Origin: Myxococcota bacterium | GTDB taxonomy: Bacteria; Myxococcota_A; Polyangia; Polyangiales; Sandaracinaceae | DNA length: 49,013 nucleotides | Direction of reading: 5' to 3' | Assembly (NCBI GenBank): GCA_036149055.1 | Contig: JAYZQJ010000107.1 | Span: 1 to 49,013, forward strand | Shown here: piece by piece, positions 10,145 through 19,756 of the stretch | Position numbering within the stretch: position 1 is the first letter of the stretch | Layout: every line of letters begins with the position of its first letter | Position numbers and translations under genes: made by a program | Notes under the pieces: generated by a model | Told to the model about the DNA's origin: nothing | Seen by the model: the letters and a program-made list of their open reading frames with translations, nothing else | Databases searched by the model: none

Positions 10145-11482
10145 ATGCTTGCGATGCGGCAGGTCATGCGCATCGTCTTCGACCGGGGCACCCTCCTCCT
10201 CACCCAGCGCGCGACCGACGCGCCGACCCTCCCCGGCACCGTCTGGGACCCGCGCGTGCGCGGCTGGCGGGCGCCGGCGTTCGCGTGGCGGGAGCTGCGC
10301 GACGGGCCCGATCCGATCGCGGCCCGGATCGGCGGGCGCAGACCGTGGCCGCCGCCGCCGCTCCGGCCCTATCAGGCGTCCGCGCTCGAGGCGTGGCGTC
10401 GGAACCGGGGCCGCGGGCTCGTCTGCCTGCCGACCGGCGCCGGCAAGACCCGGGTCGGGGTGGCCGCGATCGCGCACACCGGCTTGCCGGCGCTGGTGCT
10501 CGTGCCGACGCGGGTGCTGCTCCACCAGTGGGTCGCCTCCCTCGACGAGGTCTGCCCCGGCCGGGTCGGCGTGCTCGGCGACGGACACCGCGATCTCCGG
10601 CGGGTGACGGTGAGCACCTTCGCCTCGGCCTGGCGGCGCATGGACCGGATGGGCGACCGCTTCGGGCTGCTGGTGATCGACGAGGCGCACCACTTCGGGC
10701 ACGGCGAGCGGGACGAGGCGCTGGAGATGAGCGTCGCCCCGTTCCGGCTCGGGCTCACCGCCACCCCGCCCGAGGACCTCGGCAGCCTGCCGCTGCTCGT
10801 CGGCCCGGTGGTGACCCAGCTGCGCGTCGACGACCTCGCCGGGACCTGGCTCGCCGCGTACGATCGGGTGGAGCTCGCGCTCGATCTGACCGAGGCCGAG
10901 CGGATCGCCTACGAGCAGGACATGGCCACCTTCCGCCGGGTGCACGGCCCCTTCCGGGTCGGCTTCCCGAGCGCGACCTGGCCGGAGTTCGCGCGGGCCG
11001 CGAGCCGCACCGACGACGGCCGCCGGGCGCTCGCCGCCATCCGCCGCGCCAAGCGCCTGCTCGCCTACCCGACCGCCAAGGCCGAGGTGCTGCGGTCGCT
11101 GCTGGCCGAGCACCACGCGCAGCGCACGCTGATCTTCACCGCCAACAACGAGGCCGCCTACCGCATCGCGCGCGAGGAGCTGATCATGCCCATCACCTGC
11201 GACATCGGTCGCAAGGAGCGCGAGGTCGCGCTGCGGCGCTTCCGGGACGGAGAGCTCCGGGCGCTCGTCTCCTCGCGCGTCCTGAACGAGGGCCTCGACG
11301 TGCCCGACGCCGAGATCGCGATCGTCGTCGGCTCCACCCGCGGCGCCCGCGAGCACGTGCAGCGCATCGGTCGGGTGCTCCGGCCGGCCGAGGGCAAGCG
11401 CGCCCGCGTCTACGAGCTCGTCACCCGGCGGACCAGCGAGGTCTTCCAGGCGATGAAGAGGAGCCAGAGCTTTGCTGCCTGA
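10145..11482 (+). CDS. XPB/Ssl2-like SF2 DEAH helicase
   Basis: LRPYQ Q-motif, LPTGAGKT, IDEAHH, LGLTATP, EGLDVPDA, QRIGRVLR. Start may be 10166. Confidence 0.9.
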   Translation: MLAMRQVMRIVFDRGTLLLTQRATDAPTLPGTVWDPRVRGWRAPAFAWRELRDGPDPIAARIGGRRPWPPPPLRPYQASALEAWRRNRGRGLVCLPTGAGKTRVGVAAIAHTGLPALVLVPTRVLLHQWVASLDEVCPGRVGVLGDGHRDLRRVTVSTFASAWRRMDRMGDRFGLLVIDEAHHFGHGERDEALEMSVAPFRLGLTATPPEDLGSLPLLVGPVVTQLRVDDLAGTWLAAYDRVELALDLTEAERIAYEQDMATFRRVHGPFRVGFPSATWPEFARAASRTDDGRRALAAIRRAKRLLAYPTAKAEVLRSLLAEHHAQRTLIFTANNEAAYRIAREELIMPITCDIGRKEREVALRRFRDGELRALVSSRVLNEGLDVPDAEIAIVVGSTRGAREHVQRIGRVLRPAEGKRARVYELVTRRTSEVFQAMKRSQSFAA

Positions 11483-12653
11483 AGGACTCCTCCCGCGCCC
11501 GGACGACGGCCCGGCGCTGCGCCCGCGCTACCTGCGCGACGACGACCTGCCGTGGCTGCGCGCCCTGCTCGACGTCTTCCGCGCCCACGTCGGCCGCCCG
11601 CGCCGCGAGCTGATGGACCGGTTGCGCGAGCCGCTGCCGGTCGAGGGCCCGCCCGACAAGCGAAAGCGCGCCGTGCACGTGCTCGAGCGGCTGACCAGGC
11701 GGCGGGTGAAGGCGGCGGTGAAGCCCGGCGAGGCCCGGGCCGCGCTCTTCGGCGCCAGGGCGAAGGGGCTGACCCGGGACGAGGCCATCCGCGTCGCGGC
11801 GGAGGCGCTCGAGGTCGAGCCGACGGGGCTCCTCGAGAGCCTCTTCGCCGACCTGCCCGGCGAGCGCCGCCTCCTCGCGCTGCCCGCCGACCTCGGGCCC
11901 GATCAGCTCGCGCTCCGCACCAACCTCGCGATGGTGCAGGGCCTCGTCGCGCGCTCGCAGCGGGTGACCGTGCGCGCCCACGGCGGCGCCCGCGACCTGG
12001 TCCGCCACGCGCGGCTCATGGGGCTGCTCTGCGAGGCGCGGCCGCTGAAGGCGGGGGCGATCCTGGACCTGTCCGGGCCCTACGCGCTCTTCCGCCGGAC
12101 GCTCGTCTACGGCCGCGCGCTCGCGAGCCTGGTACCGCGCCTGCCGTGGTGCGACGACTTCGAGCTCCGGGCTGACTACCGGCTCGACGACGAGGCGCGC
12201 ACCCTGGTCGTGCAGCCGGGCGACCCGCTCTTCCCGTGCGCGGAGCCGCGGCGCTTCGACAGCAAGCTCGAGGCGCGCTTCGCCCGCGACTTCGCCCGCC
12301 TCGCGCCGGACTGGGATCTCGTGCGCGAGCCGCTCCCCCTCGAGGCGGAGGGCGCGCTGATCTTCCCCGACTTCGAGCTCGTGCACCGCCCGAGCGGGGA
12401 GCGGGTGCTGCTCGAGATCGTCGGCTTCTGGACCGAGGGCTACCTCGAGACGAAGCTCCGCCGGCTCCGGGCCGCGTCGATCGACCGGCTGGTGCTCTGC
12501 GTCGACGCCGAGCGCGCGTGCGGGCGGAGCGACTGGCCGGCGGGCGCGCGGGTGGTGCCCTACCGGCGCCGGGTCGACGTGGGCGAGGTGCTCGCGGCCA
12601 TCACTCCGCGGCCACCGGGGACTCGGCCGTGTCGTCCCCGGGAGGATCGTTGA
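11472..12653 (+). CDS. DUF790/Bax1-like endonuclease
   Basis: Overlaps the helicase stop; 'LFADL', 'SGP.ALF..T..YG..LA', 'FDSKLE..F', 'REP.P', 'IFPDF', 'LEIVGFWT..YL..K' PD-(D/E)xK-type motifs. Confidence 0.85.
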   Translation: MLPEGLLPRPDDGPALRPRYLRDDDLPWLRALLDVFRAHVGRPRRELMDRLREPLPVEGPPDKRKRAVHVLERLTRRRVKAAVKPGEARAALFGARAKGLTRDEAIRVAAEALEVEPTGLLESLFADLPGERRLLALPADLGPDQLALRTNLAMVQGLVARSQRVTVRAHGGARDLVRHARLMGLLCEARPLKAGAILDLSGPYALFRRTLVYGRALASLVPRLPWCDDFELRADYRLDDEARTLVVQPGDPLFPCAEPRRFDSKLEARFARDFARLAPDWDLVREPLPLEAEGALIFPDFELVHRPSGERVLLEIVGFWTEGYLETKLRRLRAASIDRLVLCVDAERACGRSDWPAGARVVPYRRRVDVGEVLAAITPRPPGTRPCRPREDR

Positions 12654-13593
12654 CCAGCCGATCGAGGAGCGCGCGCAGCTCCTCCGCGAACCCCTCGTAC
12701 TCGTCGATGCGCTGCGAGGCCGAGCCGCCGCGCCGGAGCAGCCGGGCGCGCTCGCGCATCATGCGCTGCGCCGCGTAGAGCGCGCGGGTCAGCTCCCGGT
12801 GCTGCGCCTCGCCGAGCCCGTCGAGCGTGTAGGCGTGGGCGATGTGGCAGCGGTAGCGCGGGTGATCGGGGTCGCCGACCTGCCACAGCGGGCCCCCGCA
12901 CTCCGGGCAGGCGAGCGGCACCTGGGCGCCGATCGGGTCCGGCAGCGGAGGGCAGCCGTGGCTCGCCTGGTGGGTCAGCTCCACCTCGTCGCGCAGCCCC
13001 GGCGGGCACGCGCCGCCCTCTTCGCGCTCGCGGTCGAGCTGCTCGACGATCAGCTTCGCAATGGCGGCCGGCTCGCCGACGAAGGCGTCGCTGATCACCC
13101 GCTGGGCGGCCCGCGGCATGCGCGGGAAGATCGTCTGCGCCGGGTCGCGCACCAGGGCCGCGCCCCCGCACTCGGCGATGATGCGCAGCCCGTCCGCGCC
13201 GTCGTCGTTCTGTCCGCTGAGCAGCACGCCCACGCAGCGGCCGGTGAAGGCGACCGCCGCCGAGCGGAAGAGCACGTCGATCGCGGGGCGGGTGTAGTTC
13301 TCGGTCGGCCCGCTCGAGAGCACCACCGCGCCGTCCCGGACCAGCATGTGGCGGTCGGGCGGCGCGAGGTAGACGGCGCCCGCGGCGACCCGCTCGCCGT
13401 CCTCGCCGAACTTCACCGGCAGGGCCGCGCGGCGCCCGAGCGCGCGGGGCAGCTGCGACTCCGCCCGCGGCTCGAGGTGCATCACCGCCATCACCGCCGC
13501 CGGCAGATCGGCCGGGAGCGCCTCGAGGATCTCGCGCAGCTCCTCGAAGGCGCCGGCGGAGCCGCCGATCACCACCACCTGTTCCGCGTCCAT
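12601..13593 (-). CDS. cheB: Stand-alone CheB-type methylesterase with C-terminal Cys/His domain
   Basis: VVIGGSAG, VMH, APPDRH, RPAIDVLFRSAA, LSGQNDDGADG; C-terminal CPECGG...YRCHIAH. True start is MDAEQ at 13593; the longer track ORF is an alternative-frame extension over the catalase gene. Confidence 0.88.
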   Translation of the reverse strand: MDAEQVVVIGGSAGAFEELREILEALPADLPAAVMAVMHLEPRAESQLPRALGRRAALPVKFGEDGERVAAGAVYLAPPDRHMLVRDGAVVLSSGPTENYTRPAIDVLFRSAAVAFTGRCVGVLLSGQNDDGADGLRIIAECGGAALVRDPAQTIFPRMPRAAQRVISDAFVGEPAAIAKLIVEQLDREREEGGACPPGLRDEVELTHQASHGCPPLPDPIGAQVPLACPECGGPLWQVGDPDHPRYRCHIAHAYTLDGLGEAQHRELTRALYAAQRMMRERARLLRRGGSASQRIDEYEGFAEELRALLDRLVNDPPGDDTAESPVAAE

Positions 13594-13595
13594 GC

Positions 13596-15650
13596 TCACC
13601 CCACGCTGTTGACCTTGGGCTCGCGATCCCAGATCCGGTACGTCTTGGCGGCGGCGACGAAGGCGTCGAGCCCGGACGCCACGCTGACCACGCCCTCGTC
13701 CTCCTCGACGTGCCCGGCCTCGAGCAGGGGCGCGGCCGCGTCCACGTGCCCGATGACCTTGAGGTGGGCGTAGGCGTCGGACACGAAGTCGAGGGCCGCC
13801 TTCTCCCGCCGCAGCTGCTTCGCGCCGTCGTCGGAGGGCGCGAGCACCACCGCGTCGAAGAGCACCGACGGGCCGCCCGAGAGCGCGAAGTCGGCGTCGC
13901 GGTGCTTGCCGTCCGCGTCGGTGAAGCCGCCGCGCGCCGGGGCGACCACCGCCAGCATCGCGCCCTCCTTCTCCGCCGCCTTCTTCAGCGCGTCGAGCAG
14001 GCCGCCGTCGGTGCCGTCGGTGGCGAGCACGCCGATCTTCTTGCCGGAGAGCGTCTCGGGCGCCTTGGCGACGAGGCTCAGGGCCGGCGACGGATCGACG
14101 TCCCGCGGCGCGACCGCCGGCTCGATGTCCTCGGCCTGCCCCTCCATGCCGAGCGCGCTCGCCACCTGGTCCGCGAGCGCCTCGTCGACGATCTTCAGGT
14201 GCCCGAGCATGCGCTGCCGCACGTGCACCGCGTCGCACTTGCCGAGCTCGAACGCGAAGGCGTTGGCGATGTGGCGCCGCTCCGGCTCGGTCTGCGAGCG
14301 GTAGAAGAGCCGCGCCTGCGTGTAGTGGTCGGCGAAGGTCTCCGCCCGCACCCGCCGATGCTCGCCGGTCTCCTTGGCCGGGAAGCTCGAGAACCCGGTC
14401 TTCGGATCCTCGCGGGGGACCTTCTCGAGGCTCTGCGGCTCGTAGGCCACCCGGCCCTTCGACACCCGGTGGCGCATGTGCCCGCCGCGCTGCAGGTTCG
14501 CGAACGGGCACCGCGGCGCGTTCACCGGGAGCTCGTGGAAGTTCGGCGACCCGAGGCGCGACAGCTGCGTGTCCAGGTACGAGAAGAGCCGCCCCTGGAG
14601 CAGCGGGTCGTTGGTGAAGTCCATGCCCGGCACCAGGTGCGACGGGCAGAACGCCACCTGCTCGGTCTCGGCGAAGAACTCGTCGACGTTCTGGTCGAGG
14701 GTCATCGTGCCGAGCACCCGCAGCGGCACCACCTCCTCGGGGATCAGCTTGGTCGGGTCGAGCACGTCGTAGTCGAGCGAGTCGGCCAGCGCGTCGTCGA
14801 ACGCCTGCACCGCGAGCTCCCACTGCGGGTAGTCGCCCGCCTCGATCGCGTCCCACAGATCGCGGCGGTGGAAGTCCGGATCCATGCCGCCCAGCTTCAG
14901 GGCCTCGTTCCAGACGAGCGAGAAGGAGCCCTGCTTCGGGCGCCAGTGCCACTTCACGTAGGTCGACTTCCCCTCCGCGTTGATCAGCCGGAAGGTGTGG
15001 ACCCCGAAGCCCTCCATCATGCGATAGCTCCGCGGGATCGCCCGGTCGCTCATCGCCCACATCAGCATGTGGATGGACTCGCTGTTGAGCCCCACGAAGT
15101 CCCAGAAGGTGTCGTGCGCCGACTGGGCCTGCGGGAAGGCACGGTCCTGCTCGGGCTTCACCGAGTGGATCAGGTCCGGGAACTTGATCGCGTCCTGGAT
15201 GAAGAAGACCGGGATGTTGTTCCCGACCAGGTCGAAGTTGCCCTCGGACGTGTAGAACTTGGTCGCGAAGCCGCGCACGTCGCGCGCGGTGTCGAGCGAG
15301 CCCTTGTTCCCGGCCACGGTGGAGAAGCGCACGAACACCGGCGTCTTCACCGACGGGTCGCTCAGGAACGCCGCCTTCGTCAGATCGGAGTGATCCCCGC
15401 TCGCCTGGAAGAAGCCCTTCGCGCCGTAGCCGCGCGCGTGCACCACCCGCTCGGGGATCCGCTCGTGATCGAAGTGCGTGATCTTCTCGCGGAGGATGAA
15501 GTCTTCGAGCAGCGTCGGGCCGCGGGCCCCGATCTTCAGCGAATTCTGATTGTCCGCGATCCGCACGCCTTGATTCGTGGTCAGTCGCGCCTCGTCGCCG
15601 GTGGCGGTCTGGTGCAGCTCGCCGCCTTCGCCGTGGATGTCTTTCGCCAT
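13596..15650 (-). CDS. katE: Large-subunit catalase (HPII type)
   Basis: [50 protein letters not shown]-terminal DJ-1-like domain; GGAGG RBS. Confidence 0.97.
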   Translation of the reverse strand: MAKDIHGEGGELHQTATGDEARLTTNQGVRIADNQNSLKIGARGPTLLEDFILREKITHFDHERIPERVVHARGYGAKGFFQASGDHSDLTKAAFLSDPSVKTPVFVRFSTVAGNKGSLDTARDVRGFATKFYTSEGNFDLVGNNIPVFFIQDAIKFPDLIHSVKPEQDRAFPQAQSAHDTFWDFVGLNSESIHMLMWAMSDRAIPRSYRMMEGFGVHTFRLINAEGKSTYVKWHWRPKQGSFSLVWNEALKLGGMDPDFHRRDLWDAIEAGDYPQWELAVQAFDDALADSLDYDVLDPTKLIPEEVVPLRVLGTMTLDQNVDEFFAETEQVAFCPSHLVPGMDFTNDPLLQGRLFSYLDTQLSRLGSPNFHELPVNAPRCPFANLQRGGHMRHRVSKGRVAYEPQSLEKVPREDPKTGFSSFPAKETGEHRRVRAETFADHYTQARLFYRSQTEPERRHIANAFAFELGKCDAVHVRQRMLGHLKIVDEALADQVASALGMEGQAEDIEPAVAPRDVDPSPALSLVAKAPETLSGKKIGVLATDGTDGGLLDALKKAAEKEGAMLAVVAPARGGFTDADGKHRDADFALSGGPSVLFDAVVLAPSDDGAKQLRREKAALDFVSDAYAHLKVIGHVDAAAPLLEAGHVEEDEGVVSVASGLDAFVAAAKTYRIWDREPKVNSVG

Positions 15651-15733
15651 GCCTCGTCCTCCGTGGGTGGGGAAGAGGCCACTAGCCGCCGCAGCCCGGC
15701 CGCAACCGGACAACTTCGGTGTAGCGAATCAGC

Positions 15734-16549
15734 TCAGGTCCCGAGCGTGCCCGCCAGGTGCGTCCAGAGCACCGCGCCGCCGGCGTCGCCCACGACCGTG
15801 CGCCGCGCGTTGCCCAGGCGGGCCTCGAGCCGGGCGCCGTGATCGGGGGCGTGCACCGGGCTGCGATCGCGGGCGCCGTAGACGAGGTGCACCGGCGTGG
15901 TGATCGCGCCGAGGTCCAGCGGCCAGGGGCTCATCGCGATGATCGTGTCGCGCGCGTAGCCGCCGGCGCCCTGGGCGAAGCCCTCCTCGAGCGCGCGCCG
16001 GTAGGCCGCGTCGAACGCCGGCTCCAGGTAGACGGCGCGGTCGGCCTCGTCGCTCCCGTCGATGACCATGCGGCGCATCGCCTCGGCGGTCATGCCGGCG
16101 AAGAACGCCTCGGCCCCGGCCGGGTCGCTCGCCACCTGCGCGAGCAGCGGCGCGAGCTCCGGCGCCACGTCTTCCCGAGTGGCCAGCTCGTCGCTCCCCG
16201 CCGCGATCACCACCGACGAGGCCAGCTCGGCGCAGGCGAGGGCGAACGGCGCGCCCTGTGAGAAGCCGACCATCGTCGGCCGGCCGAGGTCGAGGGCCGC
16301 GATCAGCGCGGCCACGTCCGCCCGCACGTCGAGCAGCCCCCGCCCGGGCGCAGGGTCCGAGCGCCCCAGCCCGGGGCGGTCGAAGGCCACCAGCCGCCGC
16401 CCGCCCGCGTCGAACCCGAGCCAGCTGCTGCTCGCCGCGCCCTCGAAGAAGAGCAAGGCGTCTCCCGTCTCCGGCCCCCAGGCGGACCAGCCGAGCCGAC
16501 GACCGTCGGCAAGCGTGACCAGACCGCGTCGCGGCGGCGGGGTGGGCAT
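15734..16549 (-). CDS. Alpha/beta hydrolase
   Basis: LADGRRL, FDRPGLGRSD, nucleophile elbow GFSQG, PWPLDL..I..PV...YG..D. Confidence 0.85.
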   Translation of the reverse strand: MPTPPPRRGLVTLADGRRLGWSAWGPETGDALLFFEGAASSSWLGFDAGGRRLVAFDRPGLGRSDPAPGRGLLDVRADVAALIAALDLGRPTMVGFSQGAPFALACAELASSVVIAAGSDELATREDVAPELAPLLAQVASDPAGAEAFFAGMTAEAMRRMVIDGSDEADRAVYLEPAFDAAYRRALEEGFAQGAGGYARDTIIAMSPWPLDLGAITTPVHLVYGARDRSPVHAPDHGARLEARLGNARRTVVGDAGGAVLWTHLAGTLGT

Positions 16550-16604
16550 GGGCGCAGCATGACTCGCCCGCGGCCGTCGTCGAGGAGATGGATGGGGTCT
16601 GTGT

Positions 16605-16619
16605 TGTAATTGAGTTGCA
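16605..16619. promoter_or_regulatory. Putative Zur/Fur-family operator
   Basis: AT-rich imperfect inverted repeat TGTAAT-TGA-GTTGCA about 30 nt upstream of the DUF1826/COG0523 zinc-starvation pair. Confidence 0.6.
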
Positions 16620-16649
16620 GGTACAGTCTGCGTGCGGTAGTGAGCCGGC

Positions 16650-17339
16650 ATGGACGTTGAGCGTCAGCGGGGCGCCGTCGCCCGATGCCACGGATGTGAG
16701 GCGTGCGAGGCGGTGCTTCGGGCCCGCGAGCTCGCCGATCTGGCTCACCTCTACGACTCGCGCATCATGCTCGCCCTCGCGCCCGCGCGCCCCGACGCGA
16801 AGGCGCTCCGGCACGCGGCCACGCTGGTCGACGCGGGCGAGCGCCGGGCCCGGGTCGAGGTGGACACCCCCGGAGGCGCTCCGGCGCCTGGCGTGCTCGA
16901 TCGGCTCGCCATCCACGACGGCCCCGACGCGCAGGCCTGGACGTCCTACGTCGAGAAGATCACCGAGATCTTCGCGTGCCTCCTGGACGCGAAGACGGTC
17001 GGGGTCCGGCTCGTGGTCTCCGACGGGCCTCACTGCCCCCGCTTCCACGTCGACCAGGTGGTCGCCCGCGGGGTCCTGACCGTCATCGGCGCCGGCACCG
17101 AGTGGCTGGACGACGCGCACCTCGACCGCGCTCGCCTGGGCCACGCCGGGGGCCCCGGGGGCGACGACGTCTCCGGGCTCGTGCGCGACTGGGGGCAGCT
17201 GCGGCGCGCGGTCCCCGGGGAGCTGGCCGTGTTCAAAGGCGCTGCGTGGCCGGGCGCCGCCGGGCGCAGCGTCGTGCATCGCTTGCCGCCCGCCGATGGA
17301 GTCCGACGCGTCGTCTTGACGCTCGACTGGCTGGATTGA
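16650..17339 (+). CDS. DUF1826 family protein
   Basis: CPRFHVD, G.GTEWL, FKG..W, VHR.P, R..LTLD motifs; lies next to a COG0523 GTPase. Confidence 0.85.
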   Translation: MDVERQRGAVARCHGCEACEAVLRARELADLAHLYDSRIMLALAPARPDAKALRHAATLVDAGERRARVEVDTPGGAPAPGVLDRLAIHDGPDAQAWTSYVEKITEIFACLLDAKTVGVRLVVSDGPHCPRFHVDQVVARGVLTVIGAGTEWLDDAHLDRARLGHAGGPGGDDVSGLVRDWGQLRRAVPGELAVFKGAAWPGAAGRSVVHRLPPADGVRRVVLTLDWLD

Positions 17340-17368
17340 CTCACCCACACGCAGACCCACGGAGTCTC

Positions 17369-18595
17369 ATGGAACGCCCCGAATCGAAGCGTCTCCCCGT
17401 CACCGTTCTCTCCGGCTTCCTCGGGGCCGGCAAGACGACCCTGCTCAACCAGGTCCTCCACAACCGCGAGGGGCGGCGGGTCGCGGTCATCGTGAACGAC
17501 ATGAGCGAGGTCAACATCGACGCGGCGCTGGTCGAGCGCGGCGGCGCGGCGCTGTCGCGCACCGAGGAGCGCCTCGTCGAGATGTCCAACGGGTGCATCT
17601 GCTGCACGCTGCGCGACGACCTGCTCGCCGAGGTGTCGCGGCTCGCCCAGGAGGGCCGCTTCGACTACCTGCTCATCGAGTCCACCGGGATCTCCGAGCC
17701 GATTCCGGTCGCGCAGACCTTCACCTTCGAGGACGAGAACGGCGTGAGCCTCAGTCAGGTCTCGCGCCTCGACACGATGGTCACGGTGGTCGACGCGGCG
17801 AGCTTCCTCCGCGACTACGACGCCGCCGAGGCGCTCGCCGATCGCGGCGAGTCGCTGGGTGAAGGCGACCACCGGACGGTCACCGATCTGCTCATCGACC
17901 AGATCGAGTTCGCCGACGTCATCGTGCTCAACAAGCTCGACCTCGTGACCGAAGCCCAGGCGCGCGAGGTCGAGGCCATCGTGAAGGCGCTGAACCCCGG
18001 CGCGAGGACCGTCATGGCCACGCGCGCCCAGGTCCCCCTCGACCAGGTGATGGACACCGGCCTGTTCGACTACGAGAAGGCCGAGAGCTCCGCCGGCTGG
18101 ATCCGCGAGCTCGAGGGCGAGCACACCCCCGAGACCGAGGAGTACGGGATCTCGAGCTTCACCTACCGGACGTCGCACCCCTTCGACGCCGAGAAGCTGT
18201 GGGCGTACCTGGGCGACGACGAGAGCTGGCGCGGCGTCCTGCGATCGAAGGGCTTCTTCTGGGTCGCCGCGGACCACCGCGTCGCCTACGAGTGGGCGCA
18301 GGCGGGCGGCGTCAGCAACGTGAGCCCGGCCGGGATGTGGTGGGCGGCGGTGCCCCCCGAGAGCTGGTCGCACCCGGAGGGGCAGCGGCCGGACCAGCAG
18401 CCCAACTGGCACCCGCGCTTCGGCGACCGCGCTCAGCAGCTCGTGTTCATCGGTCAGAACATGGACGAGGCCGCGATGCGCGCCCGGCTCGACGCCTGCT
18501 TGCTCGAGGAGGCGCTCGTGTCGGCCGACAGCCAGACCTGGGCGTCGCTGCCCAACCCGTTCCCCGCGCTCGAGCTTGCGGAGGCTGAGCGGTGA
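17369..18595 (+). CDS. COG0523 (CobW/YciC/ZigA-type) zinc metallochaperone GTPase
   Basis: [71 protein letters not shown]. Confidence 0.95.
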   Translation: MERPESKRLPVTVLSGFLGAGKTTLLNQVLHNREGRRVAVIVNDMSEVNIDAALVERGGAALSRTEERLVEMSNGCICCTLRDDLLAEVSRLAQEGRFDYLLIESTGISEPIPVAQTFTFEDENGVSLSQVSRLDTMVTVVDAASFLRDYDAAEALADRGESLGEGDHRTVTDLLIDQIEFADVIVLNKLDLVTEAQAREVEAIVKALNPGARTVMATRAQVPLDQVMDTGLFDYEKAESSAGWIRELEGEHTPETEEYGISSFTYRTSHPFDAEKLWAYLGDDESWRGVLRSKGFFWVAADHRVAYEWAQAGGVSNVSPAGMWWAAVPPESWSHPEGQRPDQQPNWHPRFGDRAQQLVFIGQNMDEAAMRARLDACLLEEALVSADSQTWASLPNPFPALELAEAER

Positions 18596-18602
18596 GGCGC
18601 GG

Positions 18603-19394
18603 TCAGCGCGCGAGCATCCAGACCGCCATCGCCACCATCATCAGGTTCTCGGTCAGGGAGATGAAGCCGAGGGGCACGTCGCTGTCGCCGCCCACGCACG
18701 CGCACTTCAGCTCGCGGTTCTCCACGTACACGGCTTTGATCACGCTCACCGCGCCGACGGTCCCGATGAACAGCGCCACCGGGGCCACGAAGGGCACCAG
18801 CGCGCCGCCCGCGATCATGCCCACGCCCGCGATCGCCTCGGCGAACGGATAGACGTAGGCGTAGGGCACCCAGCGCCGCCCGAGCAGATCGTAGGTGATG
18901 AACTGGTTCGAGAAGCTGCGCAGGTCACGCAGCTTGAAGATGGCGAGCGTGCACATGCTGAACGCCACGAAGAGCTCGAGCGCGCGCATCGTGAGCAGCT
19001 CGCCCATGAACGCCCAGGTCGTGGCCAGCGCCATCAGCGTCGTCGTCGCGAACGTCGCGATCACCGGCTGATACGTCGTCCCCTCCTCCTCGCTGGGCAC
19101 GCTCATGTCGAAGTGTCGCCGCAGCGCCTCGTAGCCGCCGATGCGCTCGCCCCCGATGAACACCTGCGGCGTCGTCTCCACCCCATGCTCGCGCTTGAAC
19201 CGGTCGGTCTCCTCGCGGCTCTCGAGCGGATGGTCCTCCACCTCGTAGCCCTTCCGCCGCAGCAGATCCTTCGCCTTGATCCCGAACGGGCACACGTGCT
19301 CGTCGGTCACCATGCGATACAGCGCGGCGCGCTTCTCCCCCTCCTGGGCCCGGCTCGCGTCCCCGGGCCAGCTCATCTCGGTCGCGGAGCTCAT
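18603..19394 (-). CDS. Glutaredoxin - MauE/DoxX membrane fusion protein
   Basis: LYRM...HVCPFG, TTPQVFIGGERIGGY, TM helices, LKCACVGG..VPLGFISLTENLMM. Confidence 0.9.
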   Translation of the reverse strand: MSSATEMSWPGDASRAQEGEKRAALYRMVTDEHVCPFGIKAKDLLRRKGYEVEDHPLESREETDRFKREHGVETTPQVFIGGERIGGYEALRRHFDMSVPSEEEGTTYQPVIATFATTTLMALATTWAFMGELLTMRALELFVAFSMCTLAIFKLRDLRSFSNQFITYDLLGRRWVPYAYVYPFAEAIAGVGMIAGGALVPFVAPVALFIGTVGAVSVIKAVYVENRELKCACVGGDSDVPLGFISLTENLMMVAMAVWMLAR

Positions 19395-19513
19395 GCCCAC
19401 ACTCGCTGCAATCCCCGATCCGCCTCCGCGCCCGCGCCTCCGCCACTTCCGCGTGGCGCCTCGCCTCGCCCGGGGCAGGGGGCGACCGCTCGCGTGATCA
19501 GAACAAGATCGGA

Positions 19514-19756
19514 AACCTCCGGCGCGACCTGGCGATGTGATGGCCAACGCGTTCGGAGCCGGGACCGATGGTCGGGGCCGCTGCGAGCGCATCGCACCGG
19601 AGAAGCATCGTGAACATCGACCCCATCGAGCGCCCTCGTCCCTCCCGCCGCGTCCTCCGCGTCCACTTCAGGCCCCTCGATCTCGACGCGATCGAGAGGC
19701 GCGCCCTCAGCAACGTGCGCGAGTCGGTCCTCGCGGCCCTGCGCTTCGCCGAGGTG
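19514..19756 (+). repeat. 243-bp direct repeat, copy 1 (degenerate copy of the upstream region and 5' end of gene 22172)
   Basis: Aligns without gaps to 21544-21786, with 8 mismatches counted by eye. Confidence 0.95.

Noticed and set aside
13710..15842. 710-aa plus-strand ORF
   Set aside because: Antisense to katE.
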